A stretch of 64,000 bases of DNA. It comes from the human T2T-CHM13v2.0 reference genome, Homo sapiens. This document shows positions 1 to 15,227 of the stretch, piece after piece. The DNA lies in NCBI RefSeq assembly GCF_009914755.1, contig NC_060932.1, one strand, 5' to 3'. Numbering within the stretch: the first letter of the stretch is position 1; the number at the start of each line of letters is the position of its first letter. The notes beneath the pieces were generated by a model. That model was not told where the DNA came from and did no database searches. It worked only from the letters and a program-made list of their open reading frames with translations. The position numbers and the translations under genes were made by a program.

Positions 1-1832
1 AATTAAAGTTTATAGTTGCCTGGGTTAGCTAAATGTCTTTTTCATGGGAAATTTCCATTCTTATGAAATAATCATTTGGGGTTAAAATATGTGCTGAATT
101 ATGTGGGCATTCTGAGTTATTAAGAAATGGATTTATTTTTACAAGCAAGCTGTAAGCATTCTTTGCTGTTTTTATGAGGTCATCGACATGACTTTTAAGT
201 GGGGCTCCAGGCCAACTCTGATTCTCACATCAGTTCATTAATTCACACAGCTGTCTCTAAAAACTACAAGAATAATATATACTGCAGACAGAGGGCCAGC
301 AAGGGGGTGGGTGAGATTTAAGGCTGTATTTCAATCGAGAGATCCTGCTGACATCATAAACTATGAGAAGACAGCTTAAGCTGTTTGGGGAGCAGCAGCA
401 GCCCCCCTGATGGAAATATGGCTAGTTTAATTGATTCTTTTCAGTTTCAGAATATACAGAGTGGGGACACCCAGTCGTTTTTATTCCGAACACAGTCAGA
501 ACATTAAAGGCAGGCACTGCAGGAATGCATTAGCAGGGAAACCCAAGCAGCGACTTAAGGTGTGGGGATGGATTTGATTGTGTTAATGATATATGGGCAG
601 CCGCACTGACATATGAAGGGCATGGCAGAGTTTATCGCACAGGGATTTTGTTTTATAGGCAATTGTGAACTCACTGCCTCTATGAAGAGTTTTACCAAAT
701 GAGTTGTGACAAGGATGATATGATTGTAGCATGAGTGAGGGGTTGAGAGAACCAAGTCCTCTCTCTACTTCCTGATTTGTAGCAAACATTGAATGTGGGG
801 GACTGAGTATACCCTGTGATGGGACTTCTGACAGCTTTTCCCTTTTGATCAGAAAGGGGAATTGCTAATATTAGCACTAAAATCTCATTCTAACACGAGC
901 CCACATTCTAGAGAATGTGATACCAAACTGAATTTGGAGACAACTTATATACAACTTATGAGAATGTCCTGATTTCTGATAATTCATTCAGCATTAATAT
1001 GATATTTTTAAAAAGGATGTCTGCAGTTTCATATCCTTTAAATTCCAAATTTGTTTCGGTTGACATTAGAAGGTGAACTAAATCTCTCTGAGAGTAATTT
1101 CAGTTTTACAAATAAATGCAGCCAAGTTTTTATGTCTTTGGAGGGGGGAAACTTTTATAAAATGTGACGTTTTAAGTGTGCTCTTCAGTAACTCTCCATT
1201 AAAACACTGACACCTGTGTGCATGTGGATACTGGAGATTTGGTTGCCCTTATCTCATTTGTGTACACAAAAGTCTCTTTGTACATGTGAATTGAAGCTTT
1301 GCATGAAAAACAGATGTGTCCTCAAAGAGTCTAAGACTGCTAATGTATAAGAAAGACTGACAAAGCATGCAAATTAATGAAAAGATTGGGGTTGAGTCTC
1401 CTCTGGGCAACCCCTACATATACGTTTCTTTAGTCCTTCTATAAATATTATCTTGTGGCCAGGTGCTGTGGGCTTTTCTCTTGGAATTTTGAAAATATGT
1501 AAAAGCTAGTGACACCCAGGCTGCAATTGCCAAGTATTCCCTGAGAGGCTTTAGAACTGGCAGAGCTGGCTCTGCACCCACCACTCCAGGGCCCTGTCAC
1601 ACTCTCTGCAGCCTCTTCTACCACTTGGTGGATGATGGTGAGACTGGGCCAGTCAGGAGCACTTCCTCGTCAAGACAAGGTTGAGAACTCTTCATGGATG
1701 CATTTGAAACCTTATTAAGAAAAGGTCCACCTTGATAGTAATGTTTTGATAAATCCAAGTTTAGTTAAATAGACTGTAATTTGTTTTAAAAGATGTTTTG
1801 TGTTACATTTGTTTAGATAAAGGAAATGGGAG

Positions 1833-2380
1833 GACCAGGTATGGTGGCTGATGCCTGTAATCCCAGCTTTGGGAGGCTGAGGCAGGAAGATCACTTGAGG
1901 CACACAGTTCAAGACCAGGCTGGGCAACATAGCAAGACCCAGTCTCTACTATATATGTGTGCGTCTGTGTGTGTGTGTATAAATTCACATATAGTATGTA
2001 CATATATATATAGTATATGTGTGTGTATATAGTATGTGTGTATATATAGTGTGTATATATATACATAGTGTGTATATATACATATATAGTATGTATATGT
2101 ATATATAATGTGTTTATATATAGTGTGAGTGTATATATGTGTATGTGTGTGTATATATATATAGTGTGTGTGTGTATATATATGTGTGTGTGTATATATA
2201 TATATAGCTAGGCATGGTGGCAGGAGTCTGTAGTTCTAGATACTTGGGAGGCTGAAGTGGGAGGATCACTTGAGCCCAGAAGTTTGAAGTTACCATGAGT
2301 TATGATTGTGCAACTGCACTGCAGCCTGGGCAATTGAGTGAGACCCTGTCCATCTTAAAAAAAAAAAAAAGAAAGAAAAA
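1833..2380 (+). mobile_element. AluJ-type element with linker expanded into a TA/TG microsatellite
   Basis: Left arm about 1833-1951, right arm about 2205-2355, A tail; degenerate TSD aaggaaatgggag / aaagaaatgtgag. Confidence 0.9.
1951..2205. repeat. Compound (TA)n/(TG)n microsatellite
   Basis: About 255 bp of mostly alternating purine-pyrimidine. Confidence 0.95.
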
Positions 2381-2707
2381 GAAATGTGAGTATGTGAGTA
2401 TAGCTTATTAAGGGGTGTTCATTTGTCAAAGGAGAATGCTTCTCAATTTTCTTGCTAGAGGAAGCAGTTGGATGGGATAAATGACAGCTCTGGAGGAAGA
2501 AGTGATCATCATTAGGCAAAATTGGACAGTTTTAATTAAGTAGGAGTAAATATAAATTTGGCCAGGGAGCAGGAACTAAAGAAAATCTAGCACTAGTAAG
2601 AACTGTAAATGTTTGTTCAGCAACCAATATTCAGAGCTGGTTGAAATCAGAAGCTGATCAGGTTAGTTTTTTGAGGGATAAAACTTCTTTAGTTAATAGT
2701 TGTTTGG

Positions 2708-3077
2708 TGTTATGGGACTAAACATTTGTGTCCCGCCCTCCCCCCACCCCCAATTCATATGTTGGAGCTCTAACCCTCAGTGTGATAATATTTGAAAGTG
2801 GGATCTTTGGGAGGAAATTAGGGTTAGATGATGTCATGAGGTGGAGCTAGTATCCTCATAAGAAAAGGAAGAGACACCAGGGCACTCACACTCTCTCTCT
2901 GCCATGTGAGAACACTGTAAGAAGGTGGCTGTCTGCAAGCCAGAAAGGGGCTGTCACCAGGAACTGAATCAACTGGCATCTTGATCTTGGACTTCACATC
3001 CTTCAGAACTGTGAGAAATCAATGTTGTTAAGCAACCTAATCTGCAGTATTTTGTTACAGCAGCTTGAACTAAGACA
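2708..3077 (+). mobile_element. MaLR solo LTR (MLT1A-like)
   Basis: TGTTATGG start ... ACTAAGACA end with typical MLT1A body. Confidence 0.8.
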
Positions 3078-4089
3078 GCAGGTTTACTACAGATTTTATG
3101 AATTTGTTTTGTTGGAGGAGTCTTTTTTTATAGCTATTAAACTTTCTTTTTGTCAAAAGATTTATTTCTTTTATTTATGGATTATAGGTACCCACACTTT
3201 GGAATTGTGTAATTGTAGCCAAATCATCTAAGGTAAAGATTTCCAAATTGCTATTCAGGTCATTGATCATGCTGTATCATTCGCACCTTACCAGCAACTG
3301 GTAACAGCAAAACTGGTGCACCAAGGTGACGATGAAGGCATCAAAAGCATTCCAATAAAATCCGCATATTTTAGGACTTGTAGATCTTTTATATGCTTTT
3401 CCAATGAACGAATCTAGCATTTTTCTTGATGTATGAAAGGTGAGGGCATTAGAAATGGCTCCTTTTTTGTGGGAATGTGTGATATTGGTTCAATAATGAT
3501 TGAAGCCCTATTTTTGCCCCTCATTCTCAAATAAAAAACTACTCTGGGCATGATACCCCAAACATTGCATGAATTCATTTTGGGTATATTTATTATTTTA
3601 TCTATTTCAAGTATAGAAAATCATTGCAAGTCTGATTTCAGGTACTTTTCTTGTAAACAATGTCTAAAGCTCTTGGGAGACTAATAGTATTCCCTAATGG
3701 CTGCCCATTCCCTCTGATATTAGATTGCATTTTTTGACTGACATCCCTCTGATTTGTTCTTAGAAAGATAGCAGACTACTTAAGATAATCCCATTATATT
3801 TTTGGAAGGATTTTTCAATACCAATTTTCTTTATCCTCAGCAGCACCTGAAAATTATTTCTCAGCTGTTGACCATGGGCTCTGCCGATCTGGTGTCTGGG
3901 TTTGTGGTCCTGTGATGAACCAGATGGTTGGACCAATATCCAGATATCAAGACCAAGTGGCCTTCAGCCTTTTCTCCCCTGGCCAGGCCTCCTGATTCCC
4001 TTAGTTATCCAATGTTTTCATGTGGGCCCCTCGTGGCTTCCCTTCACTGTGTCTGAGGCCCTGAGGAGTGGTGTTAATAGTGGCTGAAA

Positions 4090-4270
4090 GCATTGACTCT
4101 GGTTTCAGACAGATCTTGGTTCTACTTCTGAAATATTGTATGATATTGGGAATGACTGTTTCTTCATCTATAAAATGGGCATATGACTTCATGAAATAGT
4201 TGTGAGGGACACAGTGAGACCACATATATTTAGTACCCAAGAGCACCTACACATAGTAGGGGCTCAGGAA
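4090..4270 (+). mobile_element. MIR
   Basis: Core gtttcttcatctataaaatggg. Confidence 0.65.
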
Positions 4271-5559
4271 ATGTCAGTTCCCTTCTGATCTCCACACCTG
4301 GATCCATTTATTTTGTTTCTTTCTCAGTTTCAACCCAAAGCTGACCTCTTGTGGCTATCCCATTGTACCAATACAACAAGGTTTTATGCATACATAGCTG
4401 ATAACTGATAAAAGATAACTGATAAAAGAGAGTTTCCGGGAAGCTATGTAACTTTCCCAAGATGATAGAGTAAATGGCAAATCAAACTCACAGTGGTCTG
4501 ATAGCAAAGTCCATATCCTTAACCAGTATACCTTAAAGCCTCCCAGGAGCTGCTGCTCTACCCACAGATAATGGGGAACATTCCCCAAAGGCATTTGGAC
4601 ATATAGATGGTAAAAAGAGCAGGGTGGACACTGCTTGGCCAAAAATAAGCACATGATCTTTATCAAAAGTTTTACAGTACCACCTCTCACCAACAGTGGG
4701 GAAGTATATCCATTTATCCACACACTGGCCAACACTTGATATCACTGACCTTTTTTAGTTTTGACTTTCTGATGGTTGAAAAAAATATCACTTTATTGGC
4801 CATTTGTACTGATTTTTCAGTAATAGGTTAGATTTGACTTTGACTGATTTCTAATGTCCATCCATTCAAAGACATTTTCCAAAGGAAGGGCCTATTTTCT
4901 AAAGGAAATAAGAAAACAGCTTTCTGATAAAGTGATATTTACATGGCTTAAAAATGGAATTTAATATGCCATTATTATTCAGAAGATAGCAGCACTTTTT
5001 TGACTCATGAAGTTAAAATGACAGAAAGTATATTTAATATGCTTATGGTATGGTTTTCTGAATAAGAAAAAAATAGAGATATTAAAAATCCCTAGCGCTG
5101 ACAGTGGATTCCAGCAGACCCACACCAAATCTTAGAACTCTGTGAGTGCTTGGCACAGTACTTATGACAGCCATTTATCTCTCCTAGGAAATTGTGCTTT
5201 CTTTAAGCTGTACCATTTTCTTAATACCTTACACTCTTGGCATCAGGAACTGAGCATCTAGAAAAAAGCACTATATGTTTGGAATTTGTTTTTCAACAAT
5301 TTGTATTTACAGAGCTTTGGGATAACAAGTGACGCACACTGGTTTGACATCTCGTGAAAACACGTGTATACGTTTTTATACACTGCGTAAATAGGCATAT
5401 GTCCACACTGATTTCTATTAGTAAAATGTCATGTTGGGACCAATGTAACATTTATAGAAACACTTCACACCCTAAAGCACAAAGTAAGTAACAAATGTCA
5501 AATAATTTTTGTACACGGAGACAGGCTATATTCTCTTGGTAGCGTGCAATTACATTAGT

Positions 5560-6510
5560 GATGATTAACCAAAGATAACCTCCAAATGCTTTTGGACCAT
5601 TAAAAATCATTCCTACATAATTCATCAATGAAAAAAAATAATGAAAATCTTACTTTTGAGTATAGAAGAAATTTCAGACAAAATATTTGCATGTTGAATA
5701 AACCTGAATAAACCAGTGTACTAGAAAAATATATCAGGACCAATTGTTGTTTATCATAGGAATGCAAGGATGAGTTAACATTACAAAGTCTATTCAAGTA
5801 AATTTATGCACTAACAATTTGTTGGAATATTGCATTACAAGTTAAGAGAAAAAGTTGTGGACACTTAAGTTAAAACTTTTGGGGAAATTGGCTAAAACCT
5901 GGGAAAAATAAAATTAAGTCACAAATTCACATCATACACAAAAACAAACTCCAAATAGCATAAAGGACTTAACTGGAAAAGTAAACTTTAAAATTTCTAA
6001 AAATATACATAATTAAATCTTTTTATAATATCAGGATAATGAATGATTTCTTGAGCACAACATAAAATGAACAAAACATAAAAGAATAGATTAATAAAAT
6101 TTACATCATAATTTTTAAAACTTTGATGAAAAAAATCCCACCATAAACAAACAAGCATAAGTCATAGACTGAAAGAGGTTATAGAATATAATAGGCAAGA
6201 AATAATTCATATAAGGAATGTATTTTAGAAGTCTTACATCTCGATCAGAAAAAAAGAAAGGATCTGAATTCAATGACCAATAAACATATTAAAATATGTT
6301 CCCTTTTATTAGTAACAAGGAACAGCAAGTTAAAATAACAATGTGATACAATTTCACAATCACAAGTTTAGCAGATGTTCTGATAACACTAGATGTTGAT
6401 GAGGGGTTGGGAAATGGAAACTCATATACTGTTATAGTGGGAATATAAATTGCTACAGCTACTTCAGAGGGTAATTTAGGAAAATCCACTGAAATTGAAA
6501 AAGTACATAG
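5560..6510 (+). mobile_element. Old L1 (L1M/L1ME) ORF2 3' fragment
   Basis: A-rich; cacatcatacacaaaaacaaactccaaa and gtgggaatataaattg motifs. Confidence 0.65.
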
Positions 6511-7418
6511 CTGGGAGGCCTAGACAGTACTATTATTTTTGTAACCAACCTTTTCGGACTATTTGATTCTCAAAACATATATGCAACTTAAAGAAAATGA
6601 AAAAATTTAAATGAAATATACAACTTAAATAAAAATTTAAATATTAATTACAAATAAACAGAATAACAAGGAACTATGCCTGGAAGTGTAGGCTAAAGCC
6701 AAACTTTCAAAGCCTCTGAATATCAAACTAAACTCTAGTTGTAATTGATGCGTGTGGTAATGGTTAGCTGCTGAATGGTATTGGGCAATGAAGTTACAAA
6801 GCAAAGCTATTCCTTGGAACTGTCTTGCCAAAATGTGGAGGGGGCAATGACCAGCAACAAAACACTGCCTTAGTAAGTGAATAGACTATTAAGAAGTTGA
6901 ACTCAGGCATAGTGCTAGGAATTGAGAAGAGAAGACAGATTGGAGAAACAGCCCATCTGCTGAGTCATTCTCTCTGCCTGCTGCCCTGTGCTACCATTCA
7001 GCTCTTACCAGTCCAAACTTCTGCCCCACTAAGGACTGTCTGGCTCTCACTTGTCCCTACTGGCCCCTCAGCTCCCAGAGGCTCCAGGCCATTTTGGACA
7101 AAGTTAGCCCTTAAGACCATTGCCTGACTCACAACCTCATCCTCCTGGCCTTTCCGAGGTTTGCCTCTATGCCCAGTAAGTGTCTTCTCACTCTTTTGGA
7201 AGATAACTTTGCTGAAACTTCTCCCATGCACACCAAAGAGGCAAAGAAGTTGGCCCCTCTGTTTTCTTTTTATCTTTGGTAGTATGAGCATTCTGTGTGA
7301 TCTACCTTCAGGATTCCAGTGCTTCTACATGTTAAAGCATATTCTCAATGACTAAAGCTACCACTTTTGCAAGAAAGAGTTAATGTCCTGTGAACTAACA
7401 AAAAAACTTCTAGATATA

Positions 7419-7828
7419 CAGATGCTCCTTGACTTACAAAGGAGTTATGTCCTGATAAACCCATGATAACTTGAAAATATCATAAACTGAAAATACCCTT
7501 AATACACCTATCTACAGTACACCATAGCCTAACCTAGCCTTCATAAACGTGCTCAGAACACTTACATTAGCTTACAGTTGGGCAAACTCATGGGGCAACA
7601 CAGTGCACTGTACAGTATCAGCTATTGACCCTCATGATAGTGGGGCTTACTGGGAGCTGCAGCTGTGGCTGTCCAGCATTGAGAGAGTATGATACCACAT
7701 ATCGCTAGCTCAGGAAAATATCAAAATTTAAAATTCAAAGTATGGTCTCTACTGATGGTGCTTTCATACCACCATAAAGTAAAAAAAAAAAATCCAAAGT
7801 CAAGCCATTGTAAATCAGGGACCATCTG
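7419..7828 (+). mobile_element. MER47 (TcMar-Tigger) DNA transposon
   Basis: TIRs CAGATGCTCCTTGACTTAC ... GTAAATCAGGGACCATCTG; preceded by TA. Confidence 0.85.
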
Positions 7829-8186
7829 TTTGTCCTAGAGAAATTTTTACACATATGGACACAGACATGTGTGAGAATGTTCAATACAATATTTTTATTT
7901 AGCAAAATACTAAGAGCAACTTTAATGTCAATCAAAATAGGACATATTCATAAAAGGGGATACATAGCAGCTAAATGGATTAATAAGACACTACATTTAT
8001 AGTGACTAATCTCTAAACAATAAAAGCTGAGGGGAAAAAGTTACAATTGTGGTAAGAGTTTTGGAAGGATATGTAATAAATATATAAGTAGTATCTCTGG
8101 GAACTGAGAGAAGAGAGTAGTGTATTTGATTTCTCAAAGAAGCCTTAGTATTTGATTTCTCAAAGAAGCATAGAAAATGACTATTA

Positions 8187-8395
<209 letters not shown>

Positions 8396-10899
8396 TTAAA
8401 ATGCCATTTTGAGATACAGCTGTGCACCACCATTTTCCACAACAAAAGTGTGGGCTGGAGACCCAAGCCACAATCCAAAAAAATCACTGTGATTGTACCC
8501 ATAGCTAGTCTCAGGCAATCTGGAGAAAATTGCATCCTGTCTTGGGACCAAAGAATTGGGAAAAGAAAATAATTGCCATTGCTTTCTTGCCAATCACTTT
8601 TCCCTAAAATGAAATAAACATTTTTGGTCTTGAAAAAAAAAAAGAACATGAAGCCAATAATGTAAAATGCTAATATTTGCTAATGAGAGGTGGTAGCAAA
8701 ACAGAGTCCATTATATTATTTTCTATACTTTTCTGTATGATTGAAACAATTTTAATTAAGAAAATAAGCAAAAGCATATGCTTCAAGGTCCAGCAGACGT
8801 TAGTTTTAAAGACATCTCCACTTAAGAGCTACCTATTGAGAGTAATAGCAGCTCCCTCCTAGGTTTAGGGTTAAGTGAGAAAATAGGTGTAAAGTTCTAG
8901 CACAGGGTCTGGCATATTAGGCTCAATTAATGCTAGTTTTTCTTTCCTTCTACCTCACTAAGCATGTAAGAAAAGCTCTATAAATATTCGAAGAATTTAA
9001 AAGCTTATCTATACACACACAAACACACATAAATTATTATTTATTATTGTAACAACAAAACTTTATCTTCCATTGATATCTGACAGCAAATAGCACCTGA
9101 TGTGAGTTCCCAATTGTTAATAAAATAAACTAGATAATTAGTTTTTATAATATAAAAAGTGAGTCTTCAAAATACTTGATTATTTTTTATGTCACTCACA
9201 ACACTGAGTTAAGATAATGAATGTTTTCTTTATTAGTACATTAATGTATCTTCAAGGTTAACCTTAAAATCTTAAAAAGAACATATTTTATGTGAAAGCA
9301 TATTATCAGAAATTGTTCCATAAATCTAGTAAACACCATTAGAGACTAAAAACTGATACCAAAATACAACAGAAGCTCTTTTTTCTAGAAGACTTCAAAT
9401 TAAAATGATTCAAATTCTTTCCAAATCAATTCTTCTGGAATTACTTATTATGTCAACTTTTATGTATTTAAACCTAAATTCTGTGGGTAAAATTCCAACA
9501 CTTCTGATGGGTCTATGAAAAGTTTCCATTTTATTTGCAATCGACACTGGACATTCAATCCTTCTTCCTTTTTAATGACAAGTAAGTAAAGCCTAAAGCA
9601 GTGAAATGTAACTTTTATTTAATCATATTGACTTTCTAAAAATCAAAGCTGAGTTTTCAAACTTCCTTATTGTGTTAGGTTGGGATTTTGCTAGTGTTAT
9701 ATTTTCTCTTTTAAAAGTATTTATGCATGGGAAAAAACAATACATAACTGGAAATTGGGCACAATTTCAAATCCATTTCCAAATATCCAAATGTTCTGAT
9801 TTTAACTTAGCAGGTTATAATCAAATATTGATCCTATCATTGATAATAAAGAACCACCTTAACAACAATAGTTTTATTAATGAATACACAAAATACAATA
9901 TGAGGAAGTGGTTTAAGTACTATAATTTCTTTTACAAAATAGATTTCTTTATCTAATTTTAATTAAAAATGACTAACTTTTATAACAGTTAAGTTGATTT
10001 TTAAATGGTGATATATGTAAATATTTTTGTTTGCTTATTTTTACAACTGGAAATTCTTTTCTAAATTGCATATGGTTCTTAAATAGGGTTGTTTGTAGCA
10101 CAGCTTGCATAAATAAATACAGTTAAATTAGTTCACTGAGGTCAGTTTTGGTTCATTTATGGTTCCGTGTAATCCTGTTACTTTTCTTCCCACTTTTAAA
10201 TGAGATGCTTACAACAAAAATGTTGTTAAGATATAACAAGAAGAGAAAAGCCAAATGAAAGTCAGTTTATATGAAATTTGCCTCTTGCCTGGTACCATTT
10301 GTGACCATGAGGCCAATGATGCTGACCACAGGCTGTGGAAAGGGCTTTGTTTTCACAGGTAACCAAATGCAAACAAAAGAATTGAGTGTATGTAACTTGC
10401 CCTAGATGGAAATGGAATTTCACATTGAAAGAAGTAATTTATTGCATGTTTGACCCATTAGATCTTATAAAGAAAAAGTATTCCAGAAAAAAATGTAGTA
10501 CCTCCTACAATGAACTTTTTAGATGGATATTACGTGCTATTTATATTTTGAACAAATTGTTGTTTTCCTCAGGTCCTTGTCAGATAAAAAAAAAGTCCTC
10601 TATCAAACTAAAAATGAAATTACATATTTTAAAGTTTAATTGAAGATGAACTTTCTCTGGGTCAAAGATTGAAACTTATTTATGTAAATGCAAATTATAT
10701 AACTGACTATAGAAAATTGTGTGTAACTATTATCAAAATTTTCTTCCAAATTAACTCAGCCTGTGGAGTTTGACTTGAATTCTTCTTTTCCATAATGTTG
10801 GTGTGGCTTCCTGAGTAGACACAGTTGTCGTTTATTTGAAAGGAGGCTTTCAATAATGTCAGGAGAGACTTTCCTGCTTCCAGTCTCTTTCCCATTCAA

Positions 10900-11590
10900 T
10901 TGCCACAGCATCTGGTATTTGCCATTCTAGATCTTTCTATTACTTTAAACAATTACTTAGTCCAACAGGGACATCACCTACCTAGCTGCTCTAGCCAGAA
11001 ATGTGTGTATCCTCTGTCCCACTCTCTCACTTACCAGCCCCCACATCCAACTGGTCACAAATTCCTTCCAAATTCTTTCCTCCTTCTGCACCCCTCCAGC
11101 TATTTCCTGGTGCCTCTGAGGATCACACTTCAGCTCCTGCAAGGCTGCTCTTACACACTGTGCTGTCTCCCTCATCCCTGCAACCACTGCTATTACATCT
11201 CTTTAGCTTCAGCTGCACTAAGTTTTCATCTTTCCCAGAACATTTCTGGCCCTTTCACAACTTTATGACCTTCTCTTCCTGGATATAATTTTCTTCTGTT
11301 TAGGCTAGAAAAAGTCTTCTTACCAACGAATATTCATCTCAAATGCTACCACGTCTCTGAGGCCTTCCCTGATTGTCTCTTCTGTGCTCTGACTGCACAT
11401 CTCTTACAGCAGGACCATATTTTGGTAGAATTGTTTTTTAACCAACACCAAGACCACTATACCAAGCTGCTGGTGAGCAGGGGTGGCCTCTTACTCATCT
11501 GGGTCACTGTCAGGACGGCATCATGCATCACTGTGCCTGGCATACCATAGGTGCACAATACATGCTTGGTGAATAAATGGCTGAACCAAA
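10900..11590 (+). mobile_element. L2 fragments including 3' end
   Basis: Ends gtgcctggcataccataggtgcacaatacatgcttggtgaataaatg. Confidence 0.55.
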
Positions 11591-11916
11591 CTCCAACATT
11601 CGGTAGTAAAACATGAACCCTCCGCCTCCAAATATGTTTACTAGGCGCGGTTCTCTGGGACTGGAGGTACCAACTAGCAAGGTAACACTGGGGGTGTTTG
11701 GGAACCTGATGGAGCACAAGAGAGGACAGATGGGACCAAAGAGGCCATCAGACATGCTTCACCTACCTCACAGCAGGGCCAAGGCAAACCTGGCCAATAT
11801 GATCAATACCTGGATGCTTAAAATAGTAACCAAAAAAAAAAAAAAAAAAAAAGAAGAAAGAAGGGAGAGAGGAGCTGTTTCTAGACATTTGGATCACTTA
11901 AATAACTACTCTGTGG

Positions 11917-12417
<501 letters not shown>

Positions 12418-14785
12418 CTACTCCTAATTCACAGTATCTCTTCAGTAGTTGAATACACTCCATAGCCACTCTCACTTTTAATCGTGAAGCAAATGTAAAG
12501 CCTGGGTGTAAGAAGTTTGTTCAAATGCCCAAGAGGTCTAAATTCTACCTAACTGTGATATAATTGCATGAGGCTGAGACAGGGGTTGGAAATGCCTGTT
12601 GGATGAATGACACTAGAGCCAGACTGAAAGACTGAACCTCACATTTCTGCTTTGAAGTTTGGGACAACAATAAATGCATTTATTGTGGGCCTTCTATGTT
12701 TGATTTCAGATGACAGATGACACACAAGGATAATTCCTTTATTTCAGGGAGAAGCAAGGGGTACAAACCACATGAGTAGTGTAGATTTGGAACAGATTAA
12801 CCTCTACCTGGCCTTCTAGGGAAATGTAGGGGGGTGGGAGTGGAATGTGAGTATAAATCAGCAATTAGCTATAGATCAAGGTATTCTCTTTATAATGGTG
12901 TATATGTTGGTAGATTTGAACTTTGTAAATGCGTAGCTATGATTCTACCTCTCTGTACTTTCTAATTGGTAAAACACCCAAAATAGCAGAATGTAGAGAC
13001 CAATATTAACTAGGGCAAATATAAGTATACAATATTACAGCCCAGCCATCTGTCTAAATATCTGAAATATGATAAGTGCAAAGAGCATCTTTGTCACAGG
13101 ATATTGAGATCACGTGGCTATAGATCAGTATTAGTTGATGAATTAGATGTAATGAATGCAAAATACTAAGAGGATGTATATCAAATCTGAAAATCACAAC
13201 TGACAACCTGTGCTAATATATTTATTATTTTGACATTTAATTTTATTTTTGATTACATTTCTTCCCCTCAAAAATTTATTTTTTTAGAATTAATTGCATA
13301 TATTCATTCTGAGACATGGAAATCCTATAACTAAGGTAACATTGTCCACAAATGCTTGGTCTGGAATAATATTAAATGACAAGAGAGAATAGGATTCCAC
13401 CACCCCATAGACAACACTCCATTGCAATGGAACTAATAGGCTGTGAGGAGATTTATCCTGATGGTCTGTGGTTTCCTTCCAATAACATTGTTGCTTGCTC
13501 ATTTTAAGACATGCCTTAATAGATGCTATGAAACCGCATCACATTTTCTAGCTCCTGTAAGAATTCAGTGCTTCTGAGTATTAACTTTGTTTTCTTAGTG
13601 ACATCAGTTTGTTTTAACATTTCTATCAGGAATTCTATTGTGAGAGGAGACATAAATTAGGCTTTACTTAGTTTATTCTGAGTTTCTCTTGGGCAGAGTT
13701 TTGGTGAAATAATCTTTGAAAATTTAAAAAACCCTTCACACTATGGTAGCATAATCAAGTTTCTCCTTCACTACCTCATTTGACACCCTTCTGGGGAAAA
13801 AGAAATTGCTATTTTAGGCAGGAAACAAACACAAGGGAAAGAAGGGATGTTTTGGGTGACATTGGGGACAGATAAGAACTCCATGTGCTTTGGTGAAATG
13901 TAGCTGCTGGGTGCACCAATTCTCAACCTTCCAGCTTCCTCTACTTTTCCACCCTTTTTGACTCTCCCACCTGCAAGGTCAGCTGCTCTAAGGAGCAATT
14001 TATAAAGTTGCAGCTCATATTGTGCTTGCAGTTCCAGAACTGACATGAAATTAAATCAGTCTTGAGTGCTGCAGGATACAAAAGCTACCTTCCTAGTTTA
14101 CTGAGCCCTTCAAGACTCCTAATAAATCTTGGAAAGGTAGCATTCCACCAGTGACTGCCCAGTTTCTCCCCTCACAAAAAGACCTTGAAATGGAAACAAC
14201 GAAATTTTCTTCGAAGCCATATTTCATGCCATGGAGAGAAAGACATACGTGGAAGCCACATTCTTAAGCTCCCTTTTCCAACTCTGGGGCAGGCACTTCA
14301 TGAGACAGTGTTAAATGAGCTCTTACCTTACTCCTCCATGTTCCAAAATTGCTAGGGCCACACAGTGTGAAAACATCCATGAAATGCTTACTGTACTCAC
14401 AAAGATTTTTAATTTTTTCTCAAGAGCAGAAGGTAAGCCTTTAAAAATTCTCTAAGTCTACAAATACACCCCTGCTACAAATATGTAGCCCCTCAATTTT
14501 CAGGGACACATGAAGCTTATTGGTGGAGGTTCAACACAATATGTCTGCGAAAGAATCTGAAGCAGATGCTGTCAAATAGTAACACTCAATTATACCCAAT
14601 AGTGACTCGTATTTTCCAATATTTTAGAATGTAATCTTAAATCATTAGTCAAATCCACCTAAAATCTCACAGTACAGGGGAAGTTACTGAGTCTTTATTT
14701 GGTGCCATGTGCCATGCAAAATGTTTTATAGACATTAGTGCTTAATTTTCCCCAAACTTCTCGAGTGAAATATTATTATAACCCC

Positions 14786-15227
14786 TGTAATGGTTAGGGT
14801 ATCATATCCATGGTACCCAGTTTTGGTCAAACACCAATCTGGACATTGTTATGAAGGTATGTTTTAGATATGATTAACATTTAAATTAATAGACTTTGAG
14901 TAAAGCATGTTACCCTCCATAATGTGGGTAAGCCTCATCCAATAAATTGAAGGCCTTAAGAGAAAAAGACTGAGGTCCCCTCCTGAGGAAGAAGGAATTC
15001 TTTCTCCAGCATGTGTTTGCACCATCAGCTCTTCCCTGAGTCTCCAGGCTGCAGGCCCGCCTTGCAGATTTCAGACTTGCTACACCTCAAAATTGCATGT
15101 TCCAATTTTTCTTAAAATAAAGCTTTCTCTTTCCCTCCTCTATATGTATGTGTGTGTGTGTGTATGCGTATACATATATACATATATCCTCTTGGTTCTG
15201 TTTCTCTGAAGAACCCTGACTAACACA
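14786..15227 (+). mobile_element. MLT2 (ERVL) solo LTR nested in a MIR
   Basis: TGTAATGGTT ... gttctgtttctctgaagaaccctgactaacaca; MIR sequence on both sides. Confidence 0.8.
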
